Assembly (NCBI GenBank): GCA_026014495.1
Contig: JAOZIF010000137.1
Span: 5,611 to 69,610 of the forward strand
From: Candidatus Bathyarchaeum sp.
GTDB lineage: Archaea; Thermoproteota; Bathyarchaeia; Bathyarchaeales; Bathyarchaeaceae
Length of the DNA stretch: 64,000 nt
Reading direction: 5' to 3'
A program made the translations under genes and the position numbers. The notes under the pieces are model-generated. The model searched no databases. It was not told the DNA's origin and was given only the letters and a program-made list of their open reading frames with translations. This document shows, in pieces, positions 1-10,227 of this stretch. The first letter of the stretch is position 1. Each line of letters starts with the position of its first letter.

Positions 1-195
1 ACTAATTACACGCCAAATCAAGCAGGTCAATTATTCCAACAACATTTAAGTAATCAATGAATAAAAAGTGTGTTTAACGGCGTATTCATTATAACTTGAT
101 AGTAAAACAAAAAAATTAATTTCAGTTTCAGTATTCGGTTGGGTACTTAGTAAATAAGTTCAAAAGGACAGACTATACCTAATGAGTTTCTGACA

Positions 196-2328
196 TTAAG
201 GATTATTTCTATACATCTCACTGTACCCGTTGTCATATACTTTACTCAGATCAGTCAAATTGAAAAACACAAATTGTGTAAGATTGGAGCTACCACCCCA
301 TGAGTAGATTGTCTGCGTTTCTGTGTTTAATGCGCCCAAATAGATTATGGCGTTGGGATTCAATAATGTAGTGTTTCTTAAAGAAGTAACGTAGCCATTG
401 TAAATCAGTCCATAGCTCCATAAGACACCGTGGCTGACATCATCATCTGCGCATATTAAGAATTTTTCCTGATCGACATAACGCGAAAGCCACTCCGCTC
501 CGGCGATGCTACCTGAATCAACATATCCATATTCATCGTAAAGCTGTGAAACACTCAACCTATTTTTACTAAGAGATATTGAATAACTGCCGCTTGCAGT
601 CACTTCATACATAAATCCAGTTTGGAACATAAAATAAGGTATCACAATCATTAGAACTAGCATTAAAGTGATTAACTGTTTCTTTCGTTTATAAACCAAT
701 TTTGCGAGAAACACTGCACCGAGAACAAACAATGGAGCCAAAAAGAATAAGGTAACATGATAGAATCGAGTGATGTTCATTGTACTGGATAATCCAGGCA
801 CCACTACCAAAGCACCCAAGAAGAGAATGGCTATGAAAATGAATCTAAAAGAATCTCCTCTAAATGGATTTTTCAATTTTCTAGTTAATAAACCAATAAA
901 GCCTAGAATAATCAAAAATTCGGTTGCATACGCGAACATCCTACTGATAGTGTTCCAAATAGTTGGAGAAACACTCAAACCGAGACCCATTAAAACTGTT
1001 TCGTCTCTAGCCCCAAGATCAAATAAATCGCTTGCTCGTGCTAAAACATATTCACCAAAAGATGAAATACTATCAAGGACAGCTGAATTTGACGTAAAAA
1101 CATACCAAGAGAACACTATCACTGCAAAAAGGGTAATCTCAAGCAATGTTAAACTTTTATTCACACGCTTGGTGAAATAAGAAATAATGAAAGCACCACA
1201 GATAAACCCTAAAAAGATCAATGAGAGCCCATAATGGGAGGTAACTAACCCGATACTGAAGATTGTGAATAATACTGTTTTAGAGAATTGTTTCAATTTT
1301 TTGGTGGAAACAACCCACAACAGTAAAGCAAAAAAAAGTTCGGCGACAATTTGCCTATTTAGACCAAGCATTTCTGTATGGAATGTAATTTCTGCTACAA
1401 ACAAAAAGGTAGCAATCAAAGCATATTTTCTTCCGATAAACTGTTGCCAAACTTGGAACATACACAAAGCAACAAATGCAAAAATAATTGGATAAATAGT
1501 TTTAAACAGAAGCGTAGCATCAAGGTTTAATATATTAGCATAGAATGTCGGAAGAATTGTTATACTAAGCATTGAATCAAATCTGCCAACCAAAATATCT
1601 CCATAAGGATTTGCTTCCCAATATTGATTATTAAATGCTGTCTTAAAAACAAAGAACTCAAGATGACTATCGGATCCATAGCTGATTAAATTTGAGGAGA
1701 TAAAAGTTGAGCTAACAAGAAGAGAAAGTGCAATCACAAACACCAGAATAGCATAATATTTTGACGAAATAGGTTCTTTTGTTACCACGGCAATAATCAA
1801 AATTAAAGGAATTAAGACCAACATAAAGAGTAACAGCAAATTGTTACCATAAACATTCATATAAAAAGTGCCGATAGCACTTAAAACTATCAGAACAAAC
1901 GGGATTACCATCAAAAAATCGCGTTTGGAAAGTTCAAAGGAAACAAAACTCACATTATCTTTTTTTAAGTATATTAAGATGGACCCGAACAGCGTGAAAC
2001 CAATTAGGCAAACAAACAAAGGCACAAACTGAAGGGGTTGAGAAATCCCAAACAGAGGAAATAACTCATTTATTAACAAACCAGAAAGTGATAGAAAAGC
2101 GATACTCAATCCGACAGAAACGAGAAGCAATTCTAACTTAGTCAAATGCAACATGCCTAACAATTGGACGACTATCAAACCCGGAATTATTGTAAGGAAA
2201 ACAAATCCCATCACTTGTCGTGCTACAGGAATGTCAAAACATACTGACACACAAAACATTAACACTGAAAACAGCATCAAACTGAAAAATAACTTAGGTT
2301 TTTTTTGTAATTCTGAATTATATTCCAA
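196..2328 (-). CDS. Large polytopic membrane protein with C-terminal extracytoplasmic domain; GT-C / polymerase-like, resembles archaeal DUF2206-type proteins
   Basis: 710-aa ORF. The first ~560 aa are almost continuously hydrophobic helices, followed by a soluble Tyr/Asn/Ser-rich tail. It is the last gene of a minus-strand glycosyltransferase run. Confidence 0.55.
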   Translation of the reverse strand: MEYNSELQKKPKLFFSLMLFSVLMFCVSVCFDIPVARQVMGFVFLTIIPGLIVVQLLGMLHLTKLELLLVSVGLSIAFLSLSGLLINELFPLFGISQPLQFVPLFVCLIGFTLFGSILIYLKKDNVSFVSFELSKRDFLMVIPFVLIVLSAIGTFYMNVYGNNLLLLFMLVLIPLILIIAVVTKEPISSKYYAILVFVIALSLLVSSTFISSNLISYGSDSHLEFFVFKTAFNNQYWEANPYGDILVGRFDSMLSITILPTFYANILNLDATLLFKTIYPIIFAFVALCMFQVWQQFIGRKYALIATFLFVAEITFHTEMLGLNRQIVAELFFALLLWVVSTKKLKQFSKTVLFTIFSIGLVTSHYGLSLIFLGFICGAFIISYFTKRVNKSLTLLEITLFAVIVFSWYVFTSNSAVLDSISSFGEYVLARASDLFDLGARDETVLMGLGLSVSPTIWNTISRMFAYATEFLIILGFIGLLTRKLKNPFRGDSFRFIFIAILFLGALVVVPGLSSTMNITRFYHVTLFFLAPLFVLGAVFLAKLVYKRKKQLITLMLVLMIVIPYFMFQTGFMYEVTASGSYSISLSKNRLSVSQLYDEYGYVDSGSIAGAEWLSRYVDQEKFLICADDDVSHGVLWSYGLIYNGYVTSLRNTTLLNPNAIIYLGALNTETQTIYSWGGSSNLTQFVFFNLTDLSKVYDNGYSEMYRNNP

Positions 2329-2620
2329 ATTTTAATCCTCCAACAGATTGTAATTAACTAAACAAACGGTAGTTTTTAATGTCAACATAGAAAAACGATG
2401 GCATAAAAACAGCTTAATCGTTCAATGCACAAATTGCAAAACAGCTAATTGTTTTAATTATTAATAAAACATTGAAGTTGTAAGTCCCAACTTTCTGTCA
2501 AGTTTTGGTATATTAAGAAAAACTTTGATCAGATGGTTCGGTGCTGACAGATAAAATTTATCTCGCTTTGACTTGTTGACTGTATGAAGTACACTACTTG
2601 ATTTGTAAGAGTTCAGAAAA

Positions 2621-3670
2621 TTATTCGTTGATATTACTTTTGAACAGTTTTCTGATGAACTTTGACGCATCCCAATAGAATAAAGGATACTTGCAGCTAT
2701 AAGGAGGAGATGGCCCAAACTCTAAACGTCTTTTTAGGGTATGACTTAAATTCAAAATGTTCCACCAATAAGCCTTCAGAAGCGTTTTTTTCCAGTGAGC
2801 ATCAACAACTAATATCAAGATTAAATCAAGCAAGAAAGTTGAAAGCATTCGTGCAAACGCAAAATGGATAATTGCAAACCTAATCCTTGAACGCTCGCCA
2901 GAATATTCCCGTTGCTTTGTGATTAATGCGTTATTGATAGTGCTAGTCGTCTTATGCCAGAGCTTAGCTTTAGGAACATAAACTACACGATAACCAGTTT
3001 TTCTGGCTTTATAGCAAAGGTCTGTATCTTCGTAGAATATTACGTAATCTGCATCAAAAAGACCAATCTTTTGCAGGACATCTCTACGGATAACTGCTGC
3101 TCCACCAATCCAATCCATATCTTCAGACGTTTCGTATTGTCCAATATCTTTTTCATATCGAGCTGGAGTACTTGGACGACCGTCTATACAGAGATTACCA
3201 CCTAACCCATCAATAATATTTGATGTTCCATAGACATACCGTTTACATCCTGCAACGCCAATTGTATTATCCTTTTCCATCTCTTCGATTATTGCACGAA
3301 GCCACATGGAATGATATTTCATGTCGTTGCTCAACAATGCAATATAATCACCTTTAGAAAATTTCATGCCTTTGTTGTATCCAGTAGCTATAATGTTTTC
3401 ATCATTATGAATAATCTTAAATCCTTTCAGATTTTTGTTAGGTTTTAACCCTTCAAAGAATTGTTGAGCGACAACATCACTCCCATCAATAGACCCGTTG
3501 TCTACAAAAATCACTTCAAAGTTGGGATAATCTGTTGCCATTATAGATTCCAAACAATCTTTGAACAAAGCCCCTAAATAACGAAGCCCATTATAGTTCA
3601 GCAAGACTATGGAAACCAAGGGATATTGACCCTGATTACACTTGAAGTGAAGTGATTCATTTTTAGTCAT
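2621..3670 (-). CDS. Family 2 glycosyltransferase (GT-A fold)
   Basis: N-terminal 'VSIVLLNYNG...' followed by 'FVDNGSIDGS' and a downstream 'EDTDLC' acidic motif, typical of rhamnosyl/GT2 transferases. Confidence 0.85.
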   Translation of the reverse strand: MTKNESLHFKCNQGQYPLVSIVLLNYNGLRYLGALFKDCLESIMATDYPNFEVIFVDNGSIDGSDVVAQQFFEGLKPNKNLKGFKIIHNDENIIATGYNKGMKFSKGDYIALLSNDMKYHSMWLRAIIEEMEKDNTIGVAGCKRYVYGTSNIIDGLGGNLCIDGRPSTPARYEKDIGQYETSEDMDWIGGAAVIRRDVLQKIGLFDADYVIFYEDTDLCYKARKTGYRVVYVPKAKLWHKTTSTINNALITKQREYSGERSRIRFAIIHFAFARMLSTFLLDLILILVVDAHWKKTLLKAYWWNILNLSHTLKRRLEFGPSPPYSCKYPLFYWDASKFIRKLFKSNINE

Positions 3671-3764
3671 TTTTCCAACACCCCAAAAGGGTTAGTTTAA
3701 CAATGAATGTGTCACAGTTTCTCAAAAAATTGTCACATAAGTTGTATTCATTCTAAAGAACAAC

Positions 3765-4448
3765 CTACGGACGCTTTGCAAGATGCATTATCCATGATGG
3801 AGGCCATAGTGGCGTCTTGATTTTGTGGTAAACAGGCATTATTTCAATTACAGAAAAAAAAGGAGTTACTATTTGGAGAAACTTTTTTTTGGACAGCTTA
3901 AAGTTGGTGTAATAGTGACCAAAGGTTCGATTGTTTATTTTTTCTTTGATAGAATCAGGTAATAAAAATATAAGTGGGAATTTCGTGTGAACTTCAATGA
4001 AATATTCGGGGTTTGGTATCTGAACTATTAAAGAACCTTTTGTCTTAATTACTCTTTGGAATTCGTTTAGCGCTAATTCAGGAGTTCGAAGATGTTCAAG
4101 GACAGATATTGCAAGAATCGTGTCAACTGCGCTCTCTTTGATAGGCAGGTTTTGAGCATCACAAACCAGTCTATTTATGCCATCAATTTTTGGGATATAA
4201 CCCAGCATTTCCCTGCTAAAATCAATAGAAAGAGTTTGTGCACCATTTTTGGCGCATTCGACACTAAACTGTCCCACGTTACAGCCTACATCTAAAACTA
4301 TGGAATTCTTCTTTACGTGTTTGATGATGTATTGAGAGTACTTTAAATTTCTCTCATCTACGGCACCAGTTTTTTTTGCTATATTCTCTAAAGAATTAAA
4401 GACAATATTACCTAGTTTGAATGTATCACTTTTTGTGTTATCGCTCAT
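3765..4448 (-). CDS. Class I SAM-dependent methyltransferase
   Basis: Motif I 'VLDVGCNVGQFS', followed by an acidic loop 'SIDFS' and 'LAISVLEHL' (Methyltransf_11-like). Confidence 0.8.
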   Translation of the reverse strand: MSDNTKSDTFKLGNIVFNSLENIAKKTGAVDERNLKYSQYIIKHVKKNSIVLDVGCNVGQFSVECAKNGAQTLSIDFSREMLGYIPKIDGINRLVCDAQNLPIKESAVDTILAISVLEHLRTPELALNEFQRVIKTKGSLIVQIPNPEYFIEVHTKFPLIFLLPDSIKEKINNRTFGHYYTNFKLSKKKFLQIVTPFFSVIEIMPVYHKIKTPLWPPSWIMHLAKRP

Positions 4449-4548
4449 TATTGTTCACCGTATTTCTCAAAAAATCAACGCGGTATACTCGTTTCTTAGT
4501 TAACTTTGTTCTGATGGCAACAATGCTTCAAGGGTTTTGTTTTTAATT

Positions 4549-5475
4549 TCAATTATTTCGTAGTTGGCTGGAAATAAATCCAAACATCCAAGCAGTCATC
4601 TTGAAGCAATAGTGAATGGGCAACAAAAACACATTCTTTTTATTTACTAATCTATAGCCAGTCAAAGAATAAAGAAAACCAGTTATAAAACCTGCAGGAG
4701 GAGACATTCGACTAACAGATAGCGCTTCTTTTGTCTCGGCTTGAAGTGTTTGACAACCTTGCCCGTACCAATAATACTTTTTCCACAAGTCACTGAACGA
4801 TGACATTCCATTGTGCAACTCATAAAAAATGGCGTCATTTAATCTTATTTTCCAGCCAGCATACTTAATTTTGAAGACAACATTCACATCTTCGCCCGCG
4901 CCGGTAAAGCGCTCATCAAAGCCACCTACGTGGTTTAAGGCTACAACACGAAAAGTTGTGCCACCAGTACCAGGTAATTTTTCAGTCTTCCAAATGAAAC
5001 TTCTTGGTTTTCCAAAGTTAGCATGATTAACAATATGGGGTACAAGTTCAAGATTTAAAACAAGATTCTTTGAAACAAGACCAAAAACACCTGCAGTTAT
5101 TGCAACATCAGGGTTTTGTTCTAAGAATTCGACTTGCTTACGTATGTAACTTGTAGTCAGAATTTCATCCGAGTCAACCCATGTTATGTAATCGCCGTCT
5201 GCGTTATTAAGAATTAAATTTCTTGCTGAACCCAAACCCTGCCACTTAGTTTTGAAAACCTTGGTTTGAATGTCCATCTTTGTGACGTAATTAGCCACAA
5301 TTTGCGGTGTGTGATCTTCGCTACCATCGTCAACAAAAATTACTTGCATTTTTTCATGAGAAAAGTCTTGATTAATTATGCTATTAATTGCTTTTGGTAA
5401 AGTATTTTCACAGTTACGTAAGCACATACCTACTGTAACCACTGGCTTCATAGTGGATTCCACTTTTGATTTCAA
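4549..5475 (-). CDS. Family 2 glycosyltransferase
   Basis: 'VTVGMCLRNCENTLPKAINSIINQDF ... VIFVDDGSEDHT ... WVDSDE'. Paralogue of 5981..6892 (shared C-terminal 'FLLP(I/F)HY.FK..AWM.GF'). Confidence 0.8.
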   Translation of the reverse strand: MKSKVESTMKPVVTVGMCLRNCENTLPKAINSIINQDFSHEKMQVIFVDDGSEDHTPQIVANYVTKMDIQTKVFKTKWQGLGSARNLILNNADGDYITWVDSDEILTTSYIRKQVEFLEQNPDVAITAGVFGLVSKNLVLNLELVPHIVNHANFGKPRSFIWKTEKLPGTGGTTFRVVALNHVGGFDERFTGAGEDVNVVFKIKYAGWKIRLNDAIFYELHNGMSSFSDLWKKYYWYGQGCQTLQAETKEALSVSRMSPPAGFITGFLYSLTGYRLVNKKNVFLLPIHYCFKMTAWMFGFISSQLRNN

Positions 5476-5897
5476 CAGCTTGGTGGTTTAAAGAATTTAA
5501 TTGGCTTTGCAGGAACACCAACTGCAAGACAGTTATCGGGTATATCCTTGTTTACCACTGCACCAGCACCAATAACTGCATTTTCACCTATAGTAACGCC
5601 AGGAAGTATAGTGACATTTATTGAGATTCGTGCACCTTTCTTGATTACAACTGGACATATTCCACCCTCATCTGCTTTGTATCCTCTTAACACATTTGAG
5701 TGTGAAAGGATGTAATCAAACCCAGCAATTATAACATCATCACCAATTGTAATGTCCGAAAAGTGGACATCAAGAAAAACATGACTACCAAAAACATATG
5801 GATTACCAATTTTTATGCCTGCTTTCCTATACATAGCTATTCTTAATTTTTCTGAAGGAGAATACATTCCCAAAAAGCGCAGTAACGATTTAAACAT
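5472..5897 (-). CDS. Left-handed beta-helix (hexapeptide repeat) O-/N-acetyltransferase
   Basis: Imperfect hexapeptide repeats ('ITIGDDVIIAG', 'VTILPGVTIGENAVIGAGAVV'). There is a 4-nt stop/start overlap with the downstream GT2. Confidence 0.8.
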   Translation of the reverse strand: MFKSLLRFLGMYSPSEKLRIAMYRKAGIKIGNPYVFGSHVFLDVHFSDITIGDDVIIAGFDYILSHSNVLRGYKADEGGICPVVIKKGARISINVTILPGVTIGENAVIGAGAVVNKDIPDNCLAVGVPAKPIKFFKPPSC

Positions 5898-5980
5898 ACA
5901 AGTTCCTCACAGTTTATTATATGAATCTAAAAACAATATTTATTCTTACTTCCAAAAAGTCGACTAAAAAAGTTCATAAC

Positions 5981-6892
5981 TCAGTTTGATTTTTTATGCC
6001 CATAACCAGTTAAGTGACCCTTCAAGAAACCTGCCATCCAAGCAACCCTTTTGAAAGTGTAATGGAAGGGCAATAGAAAAGAAAACTTCTTGTGAGTTAT
6101 TTTAAAGCCACTCTTACAACGAATTAAACCAGCGACAAAACCAGCCATAGGTGTCATTTTCAAAAGCGATATTGAATGGGCGTCTTTATGAAAGACAAAG
6201 TGACCTCCGTAGCCATACCACATGTATTGTGTCCAAAGGGAAAGAAGTGAATTTCGTGTGAATTCGACAAAAACTTCATCTGTTGACTCCAGTTTCCAAC
6301 CAGTTTTGACTAATCGGGATACTAGTTCGGTATCTTCTGCTGCACCCTTTATGTTAACATCGAAACCTCCACTGTTTCTTACAGCATCAACTCTATGGAT
6401 GGCGCCTTCGGTTCCAGGTAAATAGCCATATGTTGACGATTCTTTTTCTCCGCAACTAGAGTCGACGACATAAACCAGATTTTCCAAGTCAGCAACAACG
6501 CCGTGACCCAGACATAAACCATATTTTCCTGCTGCAACGGCTACACGGGGGTTTTTTTCCATGAATTCAACTTGTCCTCTGGTGTATGTGTTGGATAGAA
6601 CCATGTCTCCGTCTACCCATATTATGTATTTACTTTGGGCTTTGTCAACAACAATCTGCCGTGCAGCGCCTAAACCAGTAATATTGCGGTATATTCGGTA
6701 AGTGATGTCTATATCGGAAAGGTAGTCTTTCACGATTGATAATGTCTGGTCGTTACTGAAGCCTTCAACGACAATTAGTTCAATTAAATGATGAGGAAAG
6801 TCTTGACTGATTATGCTTTGCATTGTCTTTGCAATGGTCTCGTCTACATTCTTTATGCATAGACCAAGTGTGACAATTGGTGAGTTTGTCAA
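5981..6892 (-). CDS. Family 2 glycosyltransferase (paralogue of 4549..5475)
   Basis: 'VTLGLCIKNVDETIAKTMQSIISQDF ... WVDGDM'. Same domain order and C-terminal amphipathic segment as 4549..5475. Confidence 0.8.
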   Translation of the reverse strand: MTNSPIVTLGLCIKNVDETIAKTMQSIISQDFPHHLIELIVVEGFSNDQTLSIVKDYLSDIDITYRIYRNITGLGAARQIVVDKAQSKYIIWVDGDMVLSNTYTRGQVEFMEKNPRVAVAAGKYGLCLGHGVVADLENLVYVVDSSCGEKESSTYGYLPGTEGAIHRVDAVRNSGGFDVNIKGAAEDTELVSRLVKTGWKLESTDEVFVEFTRNSLLSLWTQYMWYGYGGHFVFHKDAHSISLLKMTPMAGFVAGLIRCKSGFKITHKKFSFLLPFHYTFKRVAWMAGFLKGHLTGYGHKKSN

Positions 6893-6956
6893 AGTTTTCA
6901 GTCGTCTCCTACGAATAAAAAATCAGACGGTGAGTTATGTTAAGCGTCTCACTCAT

Positions 6957-8177
6957 TCAGATTAAACCCTTTTCTTTGAGCATGTCTTCAGTTATGAGTG
7001 ACCGAGCCTCTTGACTGGTTTTCCACAGTTTAAATCCACTACTTGTGACAAATGTTGTTAAAGCAGCCAATAGAATACAGTTGTTTTGTATTACTTCGAT
7101 TAACATTGTTCTAGTTTTTCTAATCAGCAATGCTGGACAAAGCATCACCAAAAACGCCGCCAACAATACAGGATATTGCATAAACACAAAAACGGAAATA
7201 ACACCTAGAACGACAAACAGAACAGGATTAAAAAGGTGCAAGAAAAGCTCGGGCACAGCTATTTTCTTAGGAAGCTTCAGTTTTCGGTTAACCAGTAACT
7301 TAAGAGACTTGATCCATAGACGCTGTAATTGGTTTGCACGTCTAATCTTCAAAGTTATCTTGCTTTTCCAGTCTGTTGGAAAAATAGTGTAGAAGCCCAC
7401 TTCAGGAATTAGTAGGCTTCTGCTGTTTCTTTGCACAACATCAAAGGCTGTGCCAGAATCGTCTGTTTCATGATTGAATTCCTGAAGGAATTTGCGTTTA
7501 TAGGCTGCGAATCCGCCTTGAAAAAAGATTGTTGAATGTACTTTTGATTCGCCAATTCGAATTGATTGGACAGTGTTATCAAAAAATTGTTCTCCTACGG
7601 TAACCCATGAGCTTTGAGAGTTAAACAATAGCTCTCTTGCAGTTATTGCACCCACAGTTGGGTCTGATAGGTATGGCAAAGCTTTTATCAATATATCTGA
7701 GTGCAAAAAGCAATCTGCATCGGATACTACTATAACATCACCTGTTGCATGTTTTAGGGCAAAATTTAGAGCTCTTGTTTTTCCTTCCCGTTCAGTTCTG
7801 CTTAATACTTTTATGTCCAAACAATCATTATTGCTTACAAATTCGTTTATTTCATCTATCGTTTTATCGGTTGAAGCGTCATTTACGAGTATGGTCTCAA
7901 ATTTCTTGCTAGGGTAATTAACTTTGCACAGGTTCTCCAACTTGAATCGAATGGTTTTTTCTTCATTACACACAGGCACTATGATACTTATAGACGGATC
8001 ATAGCTTTCAGTCAGCTTCAGATTCCAAGGTTTTGATGATTGACGTCTCATATACAGGTAATATATGCCTGAAAAACCTGAGAAAACGAAGAGTAGCAAA
8101 GCCCAAGCTACAAGCATCAAAATCATAAAAAAAATCACTCTTTTAGAACTCTTCTGAACAAAGAATAATCCATTCAA
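6957..8177 (-). CDS. Membrane-embedded family 2 glycosyltransferase (synthase-type, N- and C-terminal TM helices)
   Basis: N-terminal TM helices, 'ISIIVPVCNEE', 'LVNDASTD', 'VVSDADC', and C-terminal TM helices. The architecture resembles PgaC/cellulose/chitin-synthase-like GT2s. The Q-x-x-R-W motif is not cleanly visible. Confidence 0.7.
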   Translation of the reverse strand: MNGLFFVQKSSKRVIFFMILMLVAWALLLFVFSGFSGIYYLYMRRQSSKPWNLKLTESYDPSISIIVPVCNEEKTIRFKLENLCKVNYPSKKFETILVNDASTDKTIDEINEFVSNNDCLDIKVLSRTEREGKTRALNFALKHATGDVIVVSDADCFLHSDILIKALPYLSDPTVGAITARELLFNSQSSWVTVGEQFFDNTVQSIRIGESKVHSTIFFQGGFAAYKRKFLQEFNHETDDSGTAFDVVQRNSRSLLIPEVGFYTIFPTDWKSKITLKIRRANQLQRLWIKSLKLLVNRKLKLPKKIAVPELFLHLFNPVLFVVLGVISVFVFMQYPVLLAAFLVMLCPALLIRKTRTMLIEVIQNNCILLAALTTFVTSSGFKLWKTSQEARSLITEDMLKEKGLI

Positions 8178-8186
8178 AAAATGGAC

Positions 8187-9098
8187 TCAGATATTTTTGT
8201 TCAAGCGCTCATCGAACAGCTTGAATGTTTCACGTGCGTGGCTCTCTTTTGACACTCCTGCGACTACGCCTTTCAAATTGCTAAGATTTGCTAAGTAGGC
8301 TACAGCTTCAGGTGGTTTGAAGTAACCTGCTGCTAGCACACTTATAGCTAATACTATTGGGCTAGAAATATTAGACAAGGTGTTCTCAAATTCGGTCCTT
8401 GATGGGTTCATTTGGAAACCTGCCTTGTTGAAAGGTGTTGCAATCAAAGTTTGGTCCAGATTAATATTCCATTCATTGAATTTTCTTACGAAAAGTGGAA
8501 GATTGCGAGTGTTAAATCCTGGAGTTATGCCTTTTTTAGAAAGAAATGAGGTGAAAGATTTGAATAACCAATCAAAGTTTAAAGCTAAACCCATGTCTGT
8601 CAATACTTCATGGAGTAAAACTGATGACAGGTTTGCTTTTTTGCCAGCTGCCGCTTTTATTTTGTTAATTTCGTATGAAACATACGTTTTCAAGAGACTT
8701 TCAGGTTTCATCCTAAAAGCTCCGTTTAAGCCTCCAAAAATTGCCTGAACATCACCTGACAGTGCCATCTGTTTCACAACGTTCTTGGCTAAGCCAGGAG
8801 TTCCAGTCTGAGTTGCAATTCTAACGTATTCAAAGACGTAAGGGACTATTGCATGAAGCTCTAGTTTATCAATTTTCTCTCGTTCTCGTAAGGTTTTTAG
8901 AATTGTTAAGGTTAGGTCGCTCACAGAAAACATGAAACCTGTTGCACCGTTCTCAACAGCAGTTAGGATCAAGTCTGCCTTATCTGCTGCGGAAACATCG
9001 CCGTCGGCTCTACTTCGAGCCTGTTCTTGAGAGAGATGGCTGATTCCATGAAATGGATTGTCTCCTACTAGGAGCATGGTTCGCACTTTTTTATTCAT
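8187..9098 (-). CDS. Conserved-looking hypothetical protein (soluble, unknown fold)
   Basis: 303-aa ORF with ordinary composition. Its start overlaps the stop of the upstream oxidoreductase by 1 nt. I recognise no motif. Confidence 0.45.
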   Translation of the reverse strand: MNKKVRTMLLVGDNPFHGISHLSQEQARSRADGDVSAADKADLILTAVENGATGFMFSVSDLTLTILKTLREREKIDKLELHAIVPYVFEYVRIATQTGTPGLAKNVVKQMALSGDVQAIFGGLNGAFRMKPESLLKTYVSYEINKIKAAAGKKANLSSVLLHEVLTDMGLALNFDWLFKSFTSFLSKKGITPGFNTRNLPLFVRKFNEWNINLDQTLIATPFNKAGFQMNPSRTEFENTLSNISSPIVLAISVLAAGYFKPPEAVAYLANLSNLKGVVAGVSKESHARETFKLFDERLNKNI

Positions 9099-10108
9099 TA
9101 TTGTTCACTTCTTGTTTTTACTTGTTCAATTATGTAGTCAACTTTCGAGGATGTCTCAAAGTTTGGTTCACAATGCTTGTTTTCTAACAACGAATTAACG
9201 AAATGTTGGTTTTCTCTGAAGTATTCTGCATCACCTATCGAAAAATACACATTGTCATTAAGGTCATGTCTGTACCACTTCTGTTGGGTACCATCACTTG
9301 AGGTCAAGAGTAATCTGTCGTCGTTTACATCTATTGTTCCATCAGAGCATTTGATGAACAAACCAAATTCTGGCATTCGATAATTTGGCATTTGTTGGGA
9401 AACATTGATCTGTCCGGATAACCCTGCAGAATTAGTAACTGTGAAAGAAACTGATAGTTCAGAACCAGTTTCATTTCTTGTGCTGGACAAAACATTTTGA
9501 ACATCGAAATCGCCAAGTATCCAGAGTGATAAGTCTATTATGTGACAACCGATGTCTCTGAGCGCGCCACCACGTGATGCAGAAGACATTGACTCCTTTG
9601 TTAGTCCAAGAAAATCTGAAGAATATGCATAAGCCTTGAAAGATTTTATTTTGCCCAGATTTCCTTGTTGTAATAATTCTTTAGCTTTCCCAAAAACAAC
9701 AGAAAACCGTTTCATGTAACCAACCATGGTGATGCTGTCTGAGTTCTTGGCAAGTTCACACATTTCTTTAGCTTGCTCATAGTTGGTGGCAAGTGCCTTT
9801 TCCACGAACAAGTGACGAGCTATTTCTTTTTCATACAAAGTCTTTACTATTGATGAATGTGAAGAGATAGGAGTCGTCACGTAAGCTACGTCAAGGTCTA
9901 ACCCTGCGAGTTTATCAATGTCATTAACAACAAGAACTCCTGTTGGTGAAAAGATTTTTTTATAAAGCCTATTCAGCAATTTGCTTTTGTCACATAATGC
10001 TACTAGTTCGACGTTAGAGAAAACATTCAAAAGGCTTGAATGCAACAGGCCCATTTTTCCTAACCCGATAACAGCAACTCTAAGTTTTTGTTTTTTCAAA
10101 GTATACAC
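9098..10108 (-). CDS. Gfo/Idh/MocA-family NAD(P)-dependent sugar oxidoreductase
   Basis: N-terminal Rossmann 'LRVAVIGLGKMGLLH', an 'EKAL' motif, and a C-terminal alpha/beta dimerisation domain. Confidence 0.8.
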   Translation of the reverse strand: MYTLKKQKLRVAVIGLGKMGLLHSSLLNVFSNVELVALCDKSKLLNRLYKKIFSPTGVLVVNDIDKLAGLDLDVAYVTTPISSHSSIVKTLYEKEIARHLFVEKALATNYEQAKEMCELAKNSDSITMVGYMKRFSVVFGKAKELLQQGNLGKIKSFKAYAYSSDFLGLTKESMSSASRGGALRDIGCHIIDLSLWILGDFDVQNVLSSTRNETGSELSVSFTVTNSAGLSGQINVSQQMPNYRMPEFGLFIKCSDGTIDVNDDRLLLTSSDGTQQKWYRHDLNDNVYFSIGDAEYFRENQHFVNSLLENKHCEPNFETSSKVDYIIEQVKTRSEQ

Positions 10109-10227
10109 AACCTAATTTAAGTCTGTTTTTGACTAACCATTTGTTTTGAAATATCAAATCAAAACTGTTAAGCGAATAGCATCAGCTGTAAACATTAATA
10201 AATAAAGCAAAATAGAGGAGAACGTAA

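Noticed and set aside
770-1180. Many 60-140-aa ORFs in the track lie antisense to or inside long ORFs. Examples are 770..1180, 7045..7392, 8380..8748, 14385..14687, 23294..23608, 27311..27649 and 45132..45440.
   Set aside because: They overlap much longer ORFs that carry clear family motifs. Their compositions are low-complexity or biased, and none has a recognisable motif. They are treated as shadow ORFs.
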